Source: Negaprion brevirostris (taxonomy: Eukaryota). Taken from it: a DNA stretch of 64,000 nucleotides. Position numbers and translations under genes: made by a program. The stretch is from contig JARDVH010000140.1 in the NCBI GenBank assembly GCA_030324005.1, forward strand, positions 25,943,622 through 26,007,621, written 5' to 3'. Numbering within the stretch: position 1 is the first letter of the stretch; every line of letters starts with the position of its first letter. Shown one piece after another: positions 63,358 through 64,000 of the stretch. The notes under the pieces are model-generated. The model was not told the origin of the DNA. It ran no database searches and was given only the letters and a program-made list of their open reading frames with translations.

Positions 63358-64000
63358 NNNNNNNNNNNNNNNNNNNNNNNNNNNNNNNNNNNNNNNNNNN
63401 NNNNNNNNNNNNNNNNNNNNNNNNNNNNNNNNNNNNNNNNNNNNNNNNNNNNNNNNNNNNNNNNNNNNNNNNNNNNNNNNNNNNNNNNNNNNNNNNNNNN
63501 NNNNNNNNNNNNNNNNNNNNNNNNNNNNNNNNNNNNNNNNNNNNNNNNNNNNNNNNNNNNNNNNNNNNNNNNNNNNNNNNNNNNNNNNNNNNNNNNNNNN
63601 NNNNNNNNNNNNNNNNNNNNNNNNNNNNNNNNNNNNNNNNNNNNNNNNNNNNNNNGAGAAAGATGGTAGGAAAGATGTTGCAATTTGCAAGCTGATAGGT
63701 TTAAGAACTGCATGCAATGATTGTGGTGGTTGGTGATCCTGGAGTTTTAGTAGCTTTAGGGGAGGTGAGGATTTTGGAGAATGGGAAAGAAATTTTTGAA
63801 TGTAGAAAGGGGATCATGGTGAGTTGGGAACATGGGGAATGGGAACTGATGAGTGTTGAAGATGAGTGTTGGGATGTGGCAGCAATAGATACAGTCCTGA
63901 GGTGTGGGTTAAGTGTCCAAAGGTCTGAGAGCATTGAGAAAGGATGGGGGAACTGAAGAGAGAGAGACAGTTGCAGACTGCTGATAAAATCATGGTGGAG

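Overview
Repeat-rich, draft-assembly vertebrate genomic DNA with many N gaps. The repeat families (HE1/V-SINE-type tRNA SINEs, CR1/HER1-like LINEs, a Deu-domain SINE, Penelope termini) point to a cartilaginous fish, probably a shark (inference). I found no intact host protein-coding gene or exon. The recognisable ORFs are decayed transposon fragments, and most of the longest ORF calls run through N gaps. Contents: three decayed Ty3/Gypsy elements (one near full length with both LTRs), solo LTRs, CR1, L2, Rex1/Babar and a second CR1/L2-group LINE family, Penelope-like elements, three SINE types, hAT and Harbinger-type MITEs, and repeat-free islands that resemble conserved non-coding elements. 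The most notable signals are (1) minimal hammerhead-ribozyme cores in Penelope termini, including a 285-bp inverted-repeat element with an 11-bp target-site duplication and a composite insertion of hAT-like end, promoter-like cassette and hammerhead, and (2) one SINE body carrying two different LINE-derived tails. All calls were made by eye and boundaries are approximate unless a TSD or TIR is quoted.
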